Positions 26,455 to 38,924 of a DNA stretch of 64,000 nucleotides are shown here, piece after piece. Position 1 is the first letter of the stretch; each line of letters opens with the position of its first letter. The DNA is taken from NCBI GenBank assembly GCA_030770535.1, contig JASVEC010000027.1:434001-498000 (forward strand). The letters run 5' to 3'. The notes beneath the pieces are model-generated. The model was not told the DNA's origin, searched no databases, and saw nothing but the letters and a program-made list of their open reading frames with translations. The translations under genes were made by a program, and so were the position numbers. The DNA is from Batkoa obscura. Its lineage: Eukaryota.

Positions 26455-26970
26455 ATGGCTTCACAAGATATATATGGTGTCTTATTTAACACTCACAAAG
26501 AATATACCATGAATCAAATAATTTATGACGAGCCTGATACTATCTATAATTTTGAAAGTGACTTCCATTTTATGCCTAAATACTATCATAATAGTGCTTA
26601 TACATCCATGATTCCAATTGAGAATAACCCCTTTGACCAAAGCTTTGGGAATTTCTTATATACTCAAGAATCTTCATCGCCCGTTCAATATATGAACAAA
26701 ACTGAATATGCGCACAGTTCATTCACTTCATCTAGTAGCAGCTCAACACAGGGATCTGGAAAGCGTAAACTAACCAAAAGCAGCAGTAGTAGAAGTAACA
26801 AGAGCGCCAAAAGTAAAGAGAAGAGGAAGGAATGGTTAATAAAGAAAGAAGAAGAAAACCAAAGCATTGAAACTCAAAATAAATGCTTGGAGGAGCAAGT
26901 TGACTTACTAAAGAATGAAATTATTAATCTAAAAATGTTGTTAGCGAGCCATCAAGGCTGTAATTTCTAA
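26455..26970 (+). CDS. Atf1-like bZIP paralog 2, altered basic region
   Basis: NPFDQSF motif, zipper LKNEIINLKMLLASHQGC, basic region RSNKSAKSKEKRKEW. TATATAAA at 26405. Confidence 0.85.
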   Translation: MASQDIYGVLFNTHKEYTMNQIIYDEPDTIYNFESDFHFMPKYYHNSAYTSMIPIENNPFDQSFGNFLYTQESSSPVQYMNKTEYAHSSFTSSSSSSTQGSGKRKLTKSSSSRSNKSAKSKEKRKEWLIKKEEENQSIETQNKCLEEQVDLLKNEIINLKMLLASHQGCNF

Positions 26971-27198
26971 TCATTAAGTAGGGGAGGATTCTGGTATATA
27001 GCTTCAAAGTATCATTTGGGTTTTAATGTATAAATTTATTTAATGCACCTTTATAAGTGTCTATAAAAGGATGGCTTAGCTTTATTGAATAGCTCAATAA
27101 TAAAAATAATTGTTTAGTTTTTATATAATTTTCTAAGCTTTTTTATTCATTTTTTATTAATGGTATTCATTAGTATTCAATATAACAGTTTATTAAAC

Positions 27199-27293
27199 GG
27201 GGGATATCTTTTTTGGTTTCATTACTTTTTGTATTTTTAGCTATATTGAGTGGAAGAAATGTTTGCAAAACCCTTAAATAAAAAAGTATCCTC
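27199..27293. mobile_element. MITE family A, diverged
   Basis: GGGGGATA...TATCCTC termini, decayed core. Confidence 0.7.
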
Positions 27294-29695
27294 ATATATA
27301 AAATAGTTAATAGCTAGCTTAATTGAGAGTAAAAGTCATCTTTATTATAAAATTGTCATATCAAGGTCCAGGAAATACTTGACTAAAACTATTAAATATT
27401 ATATTAATACAAAATACATAACTCAAATACTTTCAAATATTATACTTGTATAAAAGCAATAAACTCACCATCAAAATTTTATGGCTTTTCCTAATGTTAA
27501 TCTTCACAATTTGATTAAAATTTTTCAGCCTTAAAACCTTGAAGATGATGGTATATTTAAAGTTTTTTGAGTTCAAATATGCGCAAACTAACAATACATT
27601 TTAAAATAAATTTAGGCATCTAGCAGTAAATTAATATAGTAATGCAAGTTATTGGTTATAAATATTATTGTTAGTTAGAACACATTCAAACTTAAATAGC
27701 TGTAATGTCAACATTTGTCAAATCTTTGTTGAAGGTTTTTAGAATTTTTTATTGGAGGTTTGTTGGAGATTCGATTGGATAAATTCAAAGGAGTCTAGAT
27801 TGGGATTTAGGATTTATCTGTAATTCTGTTCAGAAATTAATAAAGTCTAACTCTATGTTGATATCTTGAAAAGTAAGTGTAAGCATATACCACTGTTACT
27901 ATATTCTACTATTTACATTAATCATTAAATAATATTTGTACACAGATATTAATAAGTAATTTATATACACACAATCTTCTAAGAAATCTCTACCAGCTAT
28001 AAGCACGCTTAAATGGCCTAAATTTCTATTTCGTAGGCAGTTATTGAGCATAAATATAGAATTATTATAAGCAAACATGTCTATGCATTCTCGTTTCATC
28101 CAACTTAGTATTTTCTAGAAAACTATAACAGCTTTGGACATTATGTATACTTATTTACGAACTTTGAGTTCATCTTAAGATAAACATTGGCCTAAATCTG
28201 TGTTGATAAACATAAGTACAAAAACCCCAATTTTATGTTGTAACTAGTACTTATCGATTTAAATATTTAATTAAAGCCATAAAAAACTTTCGATTATTAT
28301 GATCTAATAAAGATCTGGGAGAAAGTAGGACATTTCATATTTATCAGTTCATTTGGTGTAATTGAATAAAATATATATATTATGTCTAATTTATAAAGTG
28401 TTTCCACACAAAAGTAGCTTAAAATTAATCTTCTCTTATTAAAAATCATAGTTATAACTCGTTAAAAGCTCTTGGTGCCAACCTCTAATTGCAAGTAATA
28501 CAAATAAAATAAAATAAAGATGGAGTTATGATCATTATGAAAATATAGTTATAGAAAGTTAGTTTGAATGGACACATGTGGATCAAAATAATTAAACACC
28601 CATTCTTAACGTTTATAATATTCATTTTGATTGTAGTATTGCCAGATTTTCAATTTCTTCGGTATAATAGTTTACTTAGCTAAATAAGTTTAATCCAAAT
28701 TTTGGTTTTATAAATTAATCAACCACAGTTCGTAAAATAAAAATTTATCCTTAATTAAAAAAGGGAAAGAAAAGGGGATAGAAATAAAATTAATTTTTCT
28801 CTAGATATATTGTACTAAGGAAAGCTATTGTTAAGTATTATTACATTGTAAGCAATATATATCATACTTTTAATAGATCAAAACCAATTTAAATATATAA
28901 CATTGAATACGCTAATAAATAAAGTGGCTCGAAAACTTCCTTACATATAGTTATAAATATTAGTTGTTTTATTCGCTAACCAGTTTAATTCAGTGAACAC
29001 TTTAAATCAAACAGTATTAAAAAAATAAAATAAGATGTTTATCCGCAAGCGATGCATAATTTGATAATATAGTAAAATTTAGCTCAAACACTCAGAATTT
29101 AATAAATTCACCATAAAATAGAATCATATTAAATATTATAAATAATTAAATAATAAATGGGGACCTACACTTTAAACTATAAGTTGAATTTTTCAATGAT
29201 GTGTATTAAACCACAAGTGTAAGTGTATAATTTTTATTTTAAAAAAGTAACCACCTTAAAATTGGCTTAAAATAGTAAGGATTAAACAAAAAGCAAAGTA
29301 TCAGTTGTATAGTTGAAAATAAAAAGTACTTAGTAAAATTATCTCTACTTGATATTGGGCTTCATAGAAAAAGCTATAATTTTTTTTGTGTAAAGTGAAA
29401 TACCATGAACAGAATCAAAAATTAAAATATATTTAATGACATCATTTAGGATTACATTAAATGATTTTGGTTCCATGAAAAAGATATTTATACGTAAAGT
29501 TAACTATTTAAAATTAGTATTATAAAGAATGATTTTTAAATTTTTTAATTTTTCAAAAGAACCAATAAACTCCCAGGTATTTATTTTGGAAAGATGGTAA
29601 AAAAAATAAATCGATTTAAAATAACATAGAGTAACCAGAAGTTGCAATTTGAAAACTTAGGTTTTATAAGCCATTACTCACGATATTGTTTTGAA

Positions 29696-29726
<31 letters not shown>

Positions 29727-30051
29727 CATTATACTTATCATTCTATTATTACGCTCTATTCCCCTTAAATATATGCCTATTTTATCGATTTTAAATATAA
29801 GGAGTAGAGAGGTTAATAACATTTAAAATATATATGTAATCTTGCTTTGATAACTATGAAATCACAATAAATTGGATTATAAAATTATAAAATTATAAAA
29901 TTATAATTAAGTTCTATATATTATAATGTTTAATTAAATTATAAGCGGAATAAGAATATTTATAGCATTTACAATTAAATTTAGTACTTAATTCCTCATT
30001 TTTTTATTTTTTTAAAAATTAATAATTAAATAAACTATATATTTTAAGCAG

Positions 30052-30071
30052 ATGTATATCCTACATCCCGA
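30052..30071 (+). promoter_or_regulatory. Variant of the conserved upstream motif, bZIP paralog 3
   Basis: ATGTATATCCTACATCCCGA, ~330 bp upstream of the ATG. Confidence 0.45.
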
Positions 30072-30393
30072 AATCAATAAGTTACTATTTATAATATTCA
30101 CCACTTTAAAATCCAAGCATTTTAAAGGGATGAATTTAAAAACCATCCCAAAACATAATGAACGAACTTCACATCAAGTTATTAAACACCCTGAAGTTTA
30201 ATTAGTTGAAATACTTTAAAATTGAGATACATCAAAAACTTAAAATAGTAACTATTATTATAATGAAGGGAGGACATAAATAAAATAAACCTTCTAAGTT
30301 GTATAATGACTTTTATCTCATTAATTGATCCTTTCCTTTTTAAAAAAGTATATATATAAAGTATACTACTAAAATTTATTAACAAGCTTTACT

Positions 30394-30861
30394 ATGAGTT
30401 TTGACTTATCTAGCGCTACTCTATTCATTGAAGACGATAACCCAAACTTAAATAACCTTAGATTATATTCAAAGCTACTCTATGATAGTACCTTAGAGAA
30501 GTATATTACATATAAAGAATATACAGATAACTGGAGCATGAATCCCAAATGGCTTAATACAGTAGGTAATTACGATGGTCAGTATAATTCTGGTTTTAAA
30601 GATTTATTGTCCCGTAGTATGGATTTTAATTTCCAATATAATAATTATATACCAGTGGACTTCTGGATGGATGCCACTTTAGAAAGTAATATAGTAACGT
30701 GTAATATAAATCATGTAAAGAAAGAGAGTTTGGTAAGGAAACAACAAGCAAACCAGATCATTGAAGACCAAAATAAACGTTTAAAAGACCAGGTGAATTC
30801 CCTTAAGGATGAGATTATTTGTATTAAGATGCTTTTAGTATCTCAAAATTGCAGTTTTTAA
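30394..30861 (+). CDS. Atf1-like bZIP paralog 3, zipper intact and basic region degenerate
   Basis: Zipper IEDQNKRLKDQVNSLKDEIICIKMLLVSQNC, preceded by LESNIVTCNINHVKKES. TATATAAA at 30353. Confidence 0.75.
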   Translation: MSFDLSSATLFIEDDNPNLNNLRLYSKLLYDSTLEKYITYKEYTDNWSMNPKWLNTVGNYDGQYNSGFKDLLSRSMDFNFQYNNYIPVDFWMDATLESNIVTCNINHVKKESLVRKQQANQIIEDQNKRLKDQVNSLKDEIICIKMLLVSQNCSF

Positions 30862-31565
30862 ATTTGTATATTATAATATACATGTGCTATTAATATTTAA
30901 ATAAAAAAATGTTGATTGTGAATAAAAACCCCCTCACATTTATTAACTTAGCTATTTCTAATAAAAGAGATCTTTAAAGCATTTGTACTGTTATTAATTT
31001 GTGATAATCTTTTTCATTTAATGTACATTTTAAAAAAATAAGGGTATAAATACCTACAATTAAACTATAATGGAGTAATTATTAAATATAAAGTATTATA
31101 TAAATAAAAATAATGCAAAACTGAAATTAAATATTTAAAGATCAAATGGCACTATTAATTAAGTGTAAAGATGAATAATATTAAATCATCAAAATAAGCA
31201 ACCCTTATTTCGACTCAATATGATCTTGGTGTTTTATTAAATAATTAAATCAGATATATAAATGGTTATTCAGTCTTCAAAAACTCTAATGGCTTAGTTT
31301 TAAAGTGCTATTATACGATATTAAAATATTAATTTGTAAATTAAAAAAATTTTAATTACACTTTTATGTTTTTTATTTCAAAAATAATAACTCATTTATT
31401 GATAACTAAGAGATAATAGTATATGGGAATATAAATTAATATAAAATATTAAAAGCTATTATTATTATTATAAAAGATTTAAGAATAACAATAAATTGTT
31501 GAATATATAATTACAGCTGATTAATGGCATTGATTTATTATATATTAAAAATAAATAAAAAATAT

Positions 31566-31664
31566 GGGATGTTTTTTTTTGACTTGATCACTTTTTCCAT
31601 CTTTTAAGCACTATTTGAATGTAAAGATTGTTAGTAAAATTCTTAAACACAAAAATACATCCCC
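31566..31664. mobile_element. MITE family A
   Basis: GGGATG...CATCCCC, ATAT flanks. Confidence 0.88.
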
Positions 31665-31807
31665 ATATAAAGCAATGTTTTTTAATATCATAAAAATAAT
31701 AGTATAGATTATTTAAAACTATTAATAATATAAAATATTGATAAACAAAATGCACTTTTGAATTAAATAAAATATATAATTCAACTACTTTATGTACATA
31801 TTAATAT

Positions 31808-31906
31808 GGGGGTGTTTTTTTTGTTTTCATTATTTTTTCCATTTTTTAAGCGCTGTTTGAGCGGAAAGGTTATTAGTAAAATTCTCAAACACAAAAATAC
31901 ATCCCC
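31808..31906. mobile_element. MITE family A
   Basis: GGGGGTG...CATCCCC, ATAT flanks. Confidence 0.9.
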
Positions 31907-32973
31907 ATATGTTACATTTATTTCAAACTAAGATATTAAAGTTTTTAAGCTTTATATACTAAGCTAATATTTTTTTAATAAAAAAACTTAATTAAAAAAA
32001 TATAATATTTAATTTTAGTCTTAATATTAAATAAAATTAGATTAAAAATCCAAATTTAATAATCAGTTAATGAAATAAATATAATATGTACTATGATATA
32101 GTAAAAAATTAATTTTTATATTACATTTCATAATTACATTGAATTTTTCTTATATGATATTAGAAATGACTAATATGATCAAAATGTTTTTATTACCAAT
32201 AACTCTATTATCGTATTTTTATTGATATTAAACCATACTTTTAAAAAAATATATACATATAGTTTTACTATTAGTTTTCATAGTGTTATAATTTAGCATT
32301 TATATTATCATAAATTCAAGCTTAAAATATTTAATAATCAGGTTTATTTATATAAACTTATGATATAATAACAAATGAGCATATCCTTTATTAAAGATTT
32401 TTTAATATTAAGCTTCAATCTGTTTTTTAAAAATGAACGAACTGCCGAAATAAATACAATCAAGTTGACATATTGGTGATCCCAATTTAAACGTGAGATT
32501 GCAAATTCTTATTTTGTGTTTCCTAGATACAAAAATAGAAAAAGCCATGCAATCTAATCTATCAAACACAAAATCACAAATGCCCAATCTCCTGTTAAAA
32601 TTGGATTAGTAGTATCAATAACTAAAATTCAAAATCCTTTTCACGTTCATATGTAATGATTACATCATAAAGTAATTATTTATTTGGGACCAAAATTACC
32701 AATGTTTTTAAAAACGAACAAAGAAGTAATTTTTTAAACCTCAGCATTACTTTTATTCTTTAAAAATTGTATAGCTTAAGTATAACTATGATATATGTTA
32801 TCCAATAGCAGTTCAGTATTAAATCAGCGACAAATTGGTTTTGGATAGTTTCAGACAGTAACCCAAGTGATACAAAACTAGCTAAATAAAGAGTTTTTAA
32901 ATATGCCTTTAAATTTCAAAATCAAAATGTATAAAAGGAAACCGACTTTCTATTTTTCAACTAATATTTTATT

Positions 32974-33591
32974 ATGCTTTCTCAATTTAACAATTTGAAT
33001 TTTATTGAGCCCACAGCAGCTCCTTCTGACGGCTTCTTATTTGATAGCTACTTAAATCCTACCACAAATCAATTCTGTGACAATACTATAGCACTCTTAA
33101 GCAACGAATATCCTTTTATCTTCGACCTTCCCGAAGTACAATCATTTCGATACGAAGATTTTTTTAAATTTGACTTTGATCCAACTGAACATAACACTTT
33201 TCAAGAATCTAATCCCTTCAATTCAAGCTTCGGCTATTTTGTCAGTTCTCCTCCTACCTCTTCTCCACCCCAGTATTTGAACCCAGTTAAATTAGACCAA
33301 AGTAGTGATCCAAACAACGTCACTAAAAAAAATCAAATGAACAAAAGAAACAAACGTAGGAAGGCTACAAAAGAAGAAACCCTGATAAAAAATCGTGAAG
33401 CTGCTTCAAAATGTAGGCAAAAAAAGAAAGAGTGGCTAAAGAAGAAGGAAGTCGAAACTCGCTTACTAGATGACGAAAATGATTACTTGAGTGAACAAGT
33501 AACTGAACTAAAAAATGAAATCTTAAACTTGAAAATGTTATTATCTGCACATAACAACAATTGTAATATATCCTTGAACTCTTCTGCTTAA
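32974..33591 (+). CDS. Atf1/ATF2-family bZIP transcription factor (paralog 4)
   Basis: KNREAASKCRQKKKEW, zipper LKNEILNLKMLLSAH, ESNPFNSSF. TATAAAAG at 32930. Confidence 0.92.
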   Translation: MLSQFNNLNFIEPTAAPSDGFLFDSYLNPTTNQFCDNTIALLSNEYPFIFDLPEVQSFRYEDFFKFDFDPTEHNTFQESNPFNSSFGYFVSSPPTSSPPQYLNPVKLDQSSDPNNVTKKNQMNKRNKRRKATKEETLIKNREAASKCRQKKKEWLKKKEVETRLLDDENDYLSEQVTELKNEILNLKMLLSAHNNNCNISLNSSA

Positions 33592-34737
33592 AAGTTTACC
33601 TTTTTATTGTATCCTTGGTATACGCTTATAAATAAAATATTTATTTCTATGTAATTTAGTTTTGACTAATATTGATTTTATTTAATTTACTTTAAATACA
33701 ATTAAAGTAATTTTATACTATTTGCTACTATTTACTACTATTTATTATTTACTATACTCTATTAATTTATTACTTAAAACAACTTTAGTATTTATCAATA
33801 CAAATTTTTGGATTTGTTTTATAATCAATTTTTAAACTAAGCTTTCGTCACCAAAATCTAGGAGCGTATACCTTAATTTGGAAAAGAGCTAATAAGAGTT
33901 GTAATATATGATTATATGGTTTTAAAAAACTTAACACTCTTCTTTCAAAACTCCTAAATATAGCTTGATTTGGAATAAATTTATATAAGCATTAAACCTC
34001 TTTAATTTTATGTCATAAATCCTTTTCTAAACCTTGAGATAACGATTTAGAAATATTTATGATTTTTAATGAAACTAATCAGAGTCCATGGTTATCCTCA
34101 ATTCATCAATGATCTAATAGTTTAAGGAACCTCAAGATCGAGAAAAAAACTATTGATTCTCTTGTATCAAGTTTGCCTTGTTTTATTGTAACAAGTAGAA
34201 GCCTATCATCTTGTTGCTATATATTTCATAGCATGATAGAATATTAATTAAAATGTCTTGGCATAAAACGATAGAAATTTATTAACAATTATTAATGAAA
34301 AATGTATATTAAATAAGATGGATATTTTGATAATAAAAATAGATGAGAAATAGGAATTAATAACTAATGATCAACTTCTACTCAAAGCCTGATGATCTTT
34401 TACATAGAATTTTATAAGAAAATTCTAATTTTTATTTACAATTATTAATAGACTTGCTAAGGAAAGTGTCGATATCCTAACTAAATATTCGAATTTCATG
34501 TTATCGAGCTGCAGTAGCTTCTTCTTCGAACTGCCTTGTATTTAATGAAGCGAATAAAAAAGACAAACTTAATTGCAGCTTAATTGGTTTCAGATTTTAA
34601 TATTATGGCATGAGTAGAAGAGTTATAGTATTAAACTGTGTTTTAAATTAAAAATTTAAGCTTTTTAACTTTGAGTTTAAAGTTATAAATTTAAAATAGT
34701 AAATTATTATTTAAAAAATTAGAAACTCAGTTTAGTA

Positions 34738-35190
34738 TTACTCTTCAAAATAAAAATTGTGCTTTTACAAAAATAAGCTTAATTTTGAAAGTGAACTTTT
34801 TGATTTCAACCAATCAAATTGACTGAATTTGTTTTTTTGCAAATTCATCTTCTAGGCAAAAATTTTAATCATTTTGTTAATTTAACAGAACTATCTTTTT
34901 AAATTTTAAATAAAAAACTTATGATGAAATGGTTGTTTCTATTATTTTATTTTTTATTCATGATATTAAATATTTTAGTTTAAATTATTTTTTAATTTTT
35001 ATTTATAACAATCTCATTTTCATATCAAAATCAAATTTTCAAGTCTAGCTTAAAAAGATAGTTCTGTTAAAAAATTAATAATATTTTTGCAAAACCATTT
35101 TTGATTGTAAGTTAAATTTGCATAAATAAAGTTCACTTTCAAAATGAGCTTTATTTTTGCAGAACCAAATTTATATTCTGAAGAGTGTTA
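34738..35190. mobile_element. Fold-back / long-TIR MITE-like remnant
   Basis: Mirrored blocks ACTCTTCA/TGAAGAGT, TTTTGAAAGTGAACTTT/AAAGTTCACTTTCAAAA and TTAACAGAACTATCTTTTTAA/TTAAAAAGATAGTTCTGTTAA. Confidence 0.65.
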
Positions 35191-35421
35191 TACATTAACC
35201 TGATAACTAAAATTATTCTATTTTCTATACTAGGCGTTTACTCCTCAATAGAAAATATTGGTTAAATTGCGCATTCCCTAATCAATGGTTTACTAAATAT
35301 GAAATGCAATTTACCATATTTACTTATAATTTAATAACATTAAGTTATTATTACTCCTTCTTTTCATTTAATCGGATTTATAACTATTGAATATACAATC
35401 AAATACTTGCATCTAATACAG

Positions 35422-35520
35422 GAGGGTGTTTTTTTTGGTTTCATTATTTTTTCCATTTTTTAAGCGTTATTTGAGCAGAAAGGTTGTTAATAAAATTCCT
35501 AAACGCAAAAATACATCCTC
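35422..35520. mobile_element. MITE family A
   Basis: GAGGGTG...CATCCTC, flanks ACAG/ATAG. Confidence 0.88.
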
Positions 35521-36688
35521 ATAGTTTATTTAAGATTATTTGTTTTATAAATAAAGTTTTATAAAACGTATTCAATGATGTCAGAACCATACTTTAGGCT
35601 ATATATAAAATCAAATCACCTTCAGTTAATTACCTCGTTTATCCGCTTCCTGTTCTCTCTTCTTATATATAGATCTATAATAGCCTATACAATTTACAGG
35701 TTTATCAGTCCATTACAACTGTTCAAATAAAAGAACCGAACAGGTCAATATGATTTTTCTTAATAGTAATTAAAATTGAAAGTAAATAAAAAATAGAAAA
35801 ATAACAAAATTTTTAAGACTTAATTAGAATTCAAGTAAACTTAAACAAAAGTAATAATTTTAAAGTTATATTGCTACTATAAGCGTAAAAGAATGAATAT
35901 TTAATATTAAATTGTATAAAAATCATACTTATACAATTAAAATTAAAATTATCTTTGTTGCAGTATTTTACTATTGTTCACTTTCAGATCCAGTCATTGT
36001 CAAAAACTCTATATCAGCCTGTTCAAATTTATTTTTTTGAGCAGCCATAAAGGGCTGACAATCCCGTATATTAGAAATAAATTTGCCGAGCTACTGCTAT
36101 TTCGCAAAAATCTCGCCACTCAATTTACTAAATTAAGAAGTTCAACTCCGATATTATTAAATAAATTACATTCCTGAGCATAATATATATAAAATTCTAA
36201 TTAATTAAATGTAAGGATTGTTCAGCAAGTTTCATTTATTTATTTGATCATGCCTTATAGCATATGTAGCAGCTGTTAAGACTGTCTTTTCCTTCATATC
36301 CTTACATGGTCTATAGGATTAAACAAAGATAGATTCTGAAAGTCAATTAAATTAACTGTTTAATTATAATTTCTTCTAAACTGAATATGTAAATTAATTA
36401 ATCGGTTTCATATATTTTTTATACTTCAAAAAAAATATAGCAGTTATCAATACTATCCTATCCTTTATCTATTTGCGTAATTAGTGAGTAAGACTGAAAC
36501 AAACCCCCAAAGTTACTTAGAATAGCTGTTCAATTGATATCATGGTATCCTGGCATATATAGTTCAAGTAGGGAGTACTCGAGTATTGTAAATAGCCCAA
36601 CTGCTATAATAAAGCCATTAGTTTGAAACAAAGCTTAAAGGTTTTAATTAAGCCCTTTATTATTATTATTATTTTAAAATTAGGCAAA

Positions 36689-36856
36689 TACGGCCGTTGC
36701 AACTTTTTTGCGACTTTTTTAGTAGTGATTTTTATACAAACTATTTATATAGCTAATTTTTCTAAAGCCTGATTCTTATAGTCATTTAAACTTTAATACA
36801 TTTTCTTTTCTTAAGTGAGCTATTAAATAGGTCGCAAAAGAGAAGCAGTAGCTGTA
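36689..36856. mobile_element. MITE family B
   Basis: TA-CGGCCGTTGCAACTTTTTTGCGAC...GTCGCAAAAGAGAAGCAGTAGCTG-TA. Confidence 0.72.
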
Positions 36857-37126
36857 TAAGGATTAATATTGCTACTACTAAAATAACATATATTTGTTTT
36901 TATTAGATAATATTTGGGAGAAAAATTCCGCAATAAAAATAGGGTAAGATAAACTATATACCATTGTCCTTGATTTTTGAGTTTACACCAGTATAAAATG
37001 TAAGTAATTAACACATAAATGCAGTTGAAGCAAGTGCATAAGTCATAACGGAGAAAATAGTCCTTTTTTTCAGTAATCTGTGCATTTACTTCAATACACT
37101 TAATGCATGAGTTGCTTATTTTTTGT

Positions 37127-37295
37127 TGTGGCTGTTGTGACTCTTTTATGACCTTTTTTAGCGGCAGTTTTATAATTAAATTATTTGTGTAATCGATTTA
37201 CTAAAGACTGATTCTTGAATTTATCTAAATTTTAACACAATTTTTTCTCTCAAATGAATAATTATGAAAGCTGAAAAGGAGTTGTAACAGTTGTA
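37127..37295. mobile_element. MITE family B, diverged
   Basis: Colinear with 36689-36856 (CTAAAGnCTGATTCTT core), decayed TIRs. Confidence 0.65.
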
Positions 37296-38924
37296 TTTTG
37301 TTTTACTGAGCTTGTTTAATTAAAATTAATAAATATACGTGTTGAGTTTTGAATTTTTGTAAGTTAAAACGTGAGATCAAACTTTAATGTGTTAGAAATA
37401 TAGATACGATCTACATAAGTATATTTTGTTTTATTATAAAAAAATAAAGCTTCTGCCGTTTTTTTATTAACTTGATTTTGATTTTCTCATAAATTAATAA
37501 GATTATATCGTTGTAAAGTTTTTACTAATGAATTCTTCGATATCCCTTGTTATTTAATATTGTTTAGGAATAATCTTTTTTAATATGTGTTTGTTTAATC
37601 AAACACAAAATAGAATATAAACAGCCATGTAAAAGAAGAGGAAAATCATTCAAAGTGTGATGATAAAATAGTTTTACTTTAAATTGAAAAAGGATCTATG
37701 ATTTCAATTGATGGGTTAATAATAGACAAACTTACTCAATTAATTTTCCAACCTCTTACATGATGCATTTAACTTATATTATCGGATAATTATCTTTGCT
37801 AAAAAAGTGAGTAATCTATTTTTAAAAACTTTAACTTATTATATCTGTTTAAGTTCTAATGACCAACTCTAACTGTTCATTTAATGATAAATTTTATACA
37901 CATATTTTGCTAAAGCCTAAGGATTAAGCTTTAGCAAAAGTTATCAAATAAATAGATAACGAAGGATTTTTGCAAAAAATCCACATTTGAACTTAAACTA
38001 ATTAATTGTGTTAAATGATTTTTAAAATTAAAGTGCAACATAACTGAATTAGTTAAGACCTCTTCTCCGTTTTGATTAACCTTGTTCATCATCCTCAATT
38101 TGAATATTTGGAAATAGACATTTGGGCTCTGCTCAAATTTAGATACCTCCGAAAATAAACTTTTGAAAAAAAGATAAAGATCAACTTACTAAAAAATTAG
38201 TAGTACACTCCGTTCGTAAATAAACAATCTTATTTACTCTTGAACCAGCTATCTTAGTCTCGTTTTAATACCAAAGTTACCTGAAAAGAAATCCAAAATT
38301 ACGAATTTACATTTTGAAGTAAAAAAGGGATATTGTGATTTTAAAAAAATCTATTTTTAAGTAGAGAAATACAGATTGAAAGCTCAATTGAACAAAGAGC
38401 CTATAGATCGAAAAACTAAAGTGAATCAGTTTCCGTATTTAATAATAAAATAACAAACTTTCAAGTATTCTAATTTATAATATTAATTAATAAAACTTAA
38501 AAATAAATGGATTAATAGTCCTATTAACTTTTAAGACATAAAATTCAACTATTATTAATTATTCTGTTTTCTTTTTTATTTTAGAACTTATTTTAAATAG
38601 TTAAACATTCCAACCTATTTTTGCTGTTAGGCTCAATCAATCATTCCATCATGGAGCGCATTCATTAAACTTAAAAAGCCTAGCTATATCCAAATAAGGT
38701 AAGTTTTAACACAAAATGACCGAATTAAATTTAGCCAAACTTAGTTAGGTGAGGCTTAAAAATTGGATGTTCAAGCCATTATTGGAGGAAATAAAACAGC
38801 TTTTAGTTTTGGTGTAGGAATCTTCCAATGAAACAAAATAGCTAGAGATGCTGGACAGATGATTAAATAATATAAAAGCAAATGAAAGTAACAATTTAAA
38901 ATTATTTTTTATCATCATTTGAAA

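Noticed and set aside
27560..28220. Possible decayed coding remnant around ORF 27899-28099
   Set aside because: Slightly coding-like composition, but stops interrupt it and I recognise no domain.
29430..32670. CRE-like sites (TGACATCA near 29438, ATTACATCA near 32659) as bZIP autoregulation
   Set aside because: Imperfect short matches are expected by chance in such AT-rich DNA.
2185..37014. Other short intergenic ORFs (2185, 14465, 19619, 23818, 30182, 35974, 36823)
   Set aside because: Low-complexity F/I/L/K/N products typical of chance ORFs, mostly with non-ATG starts.
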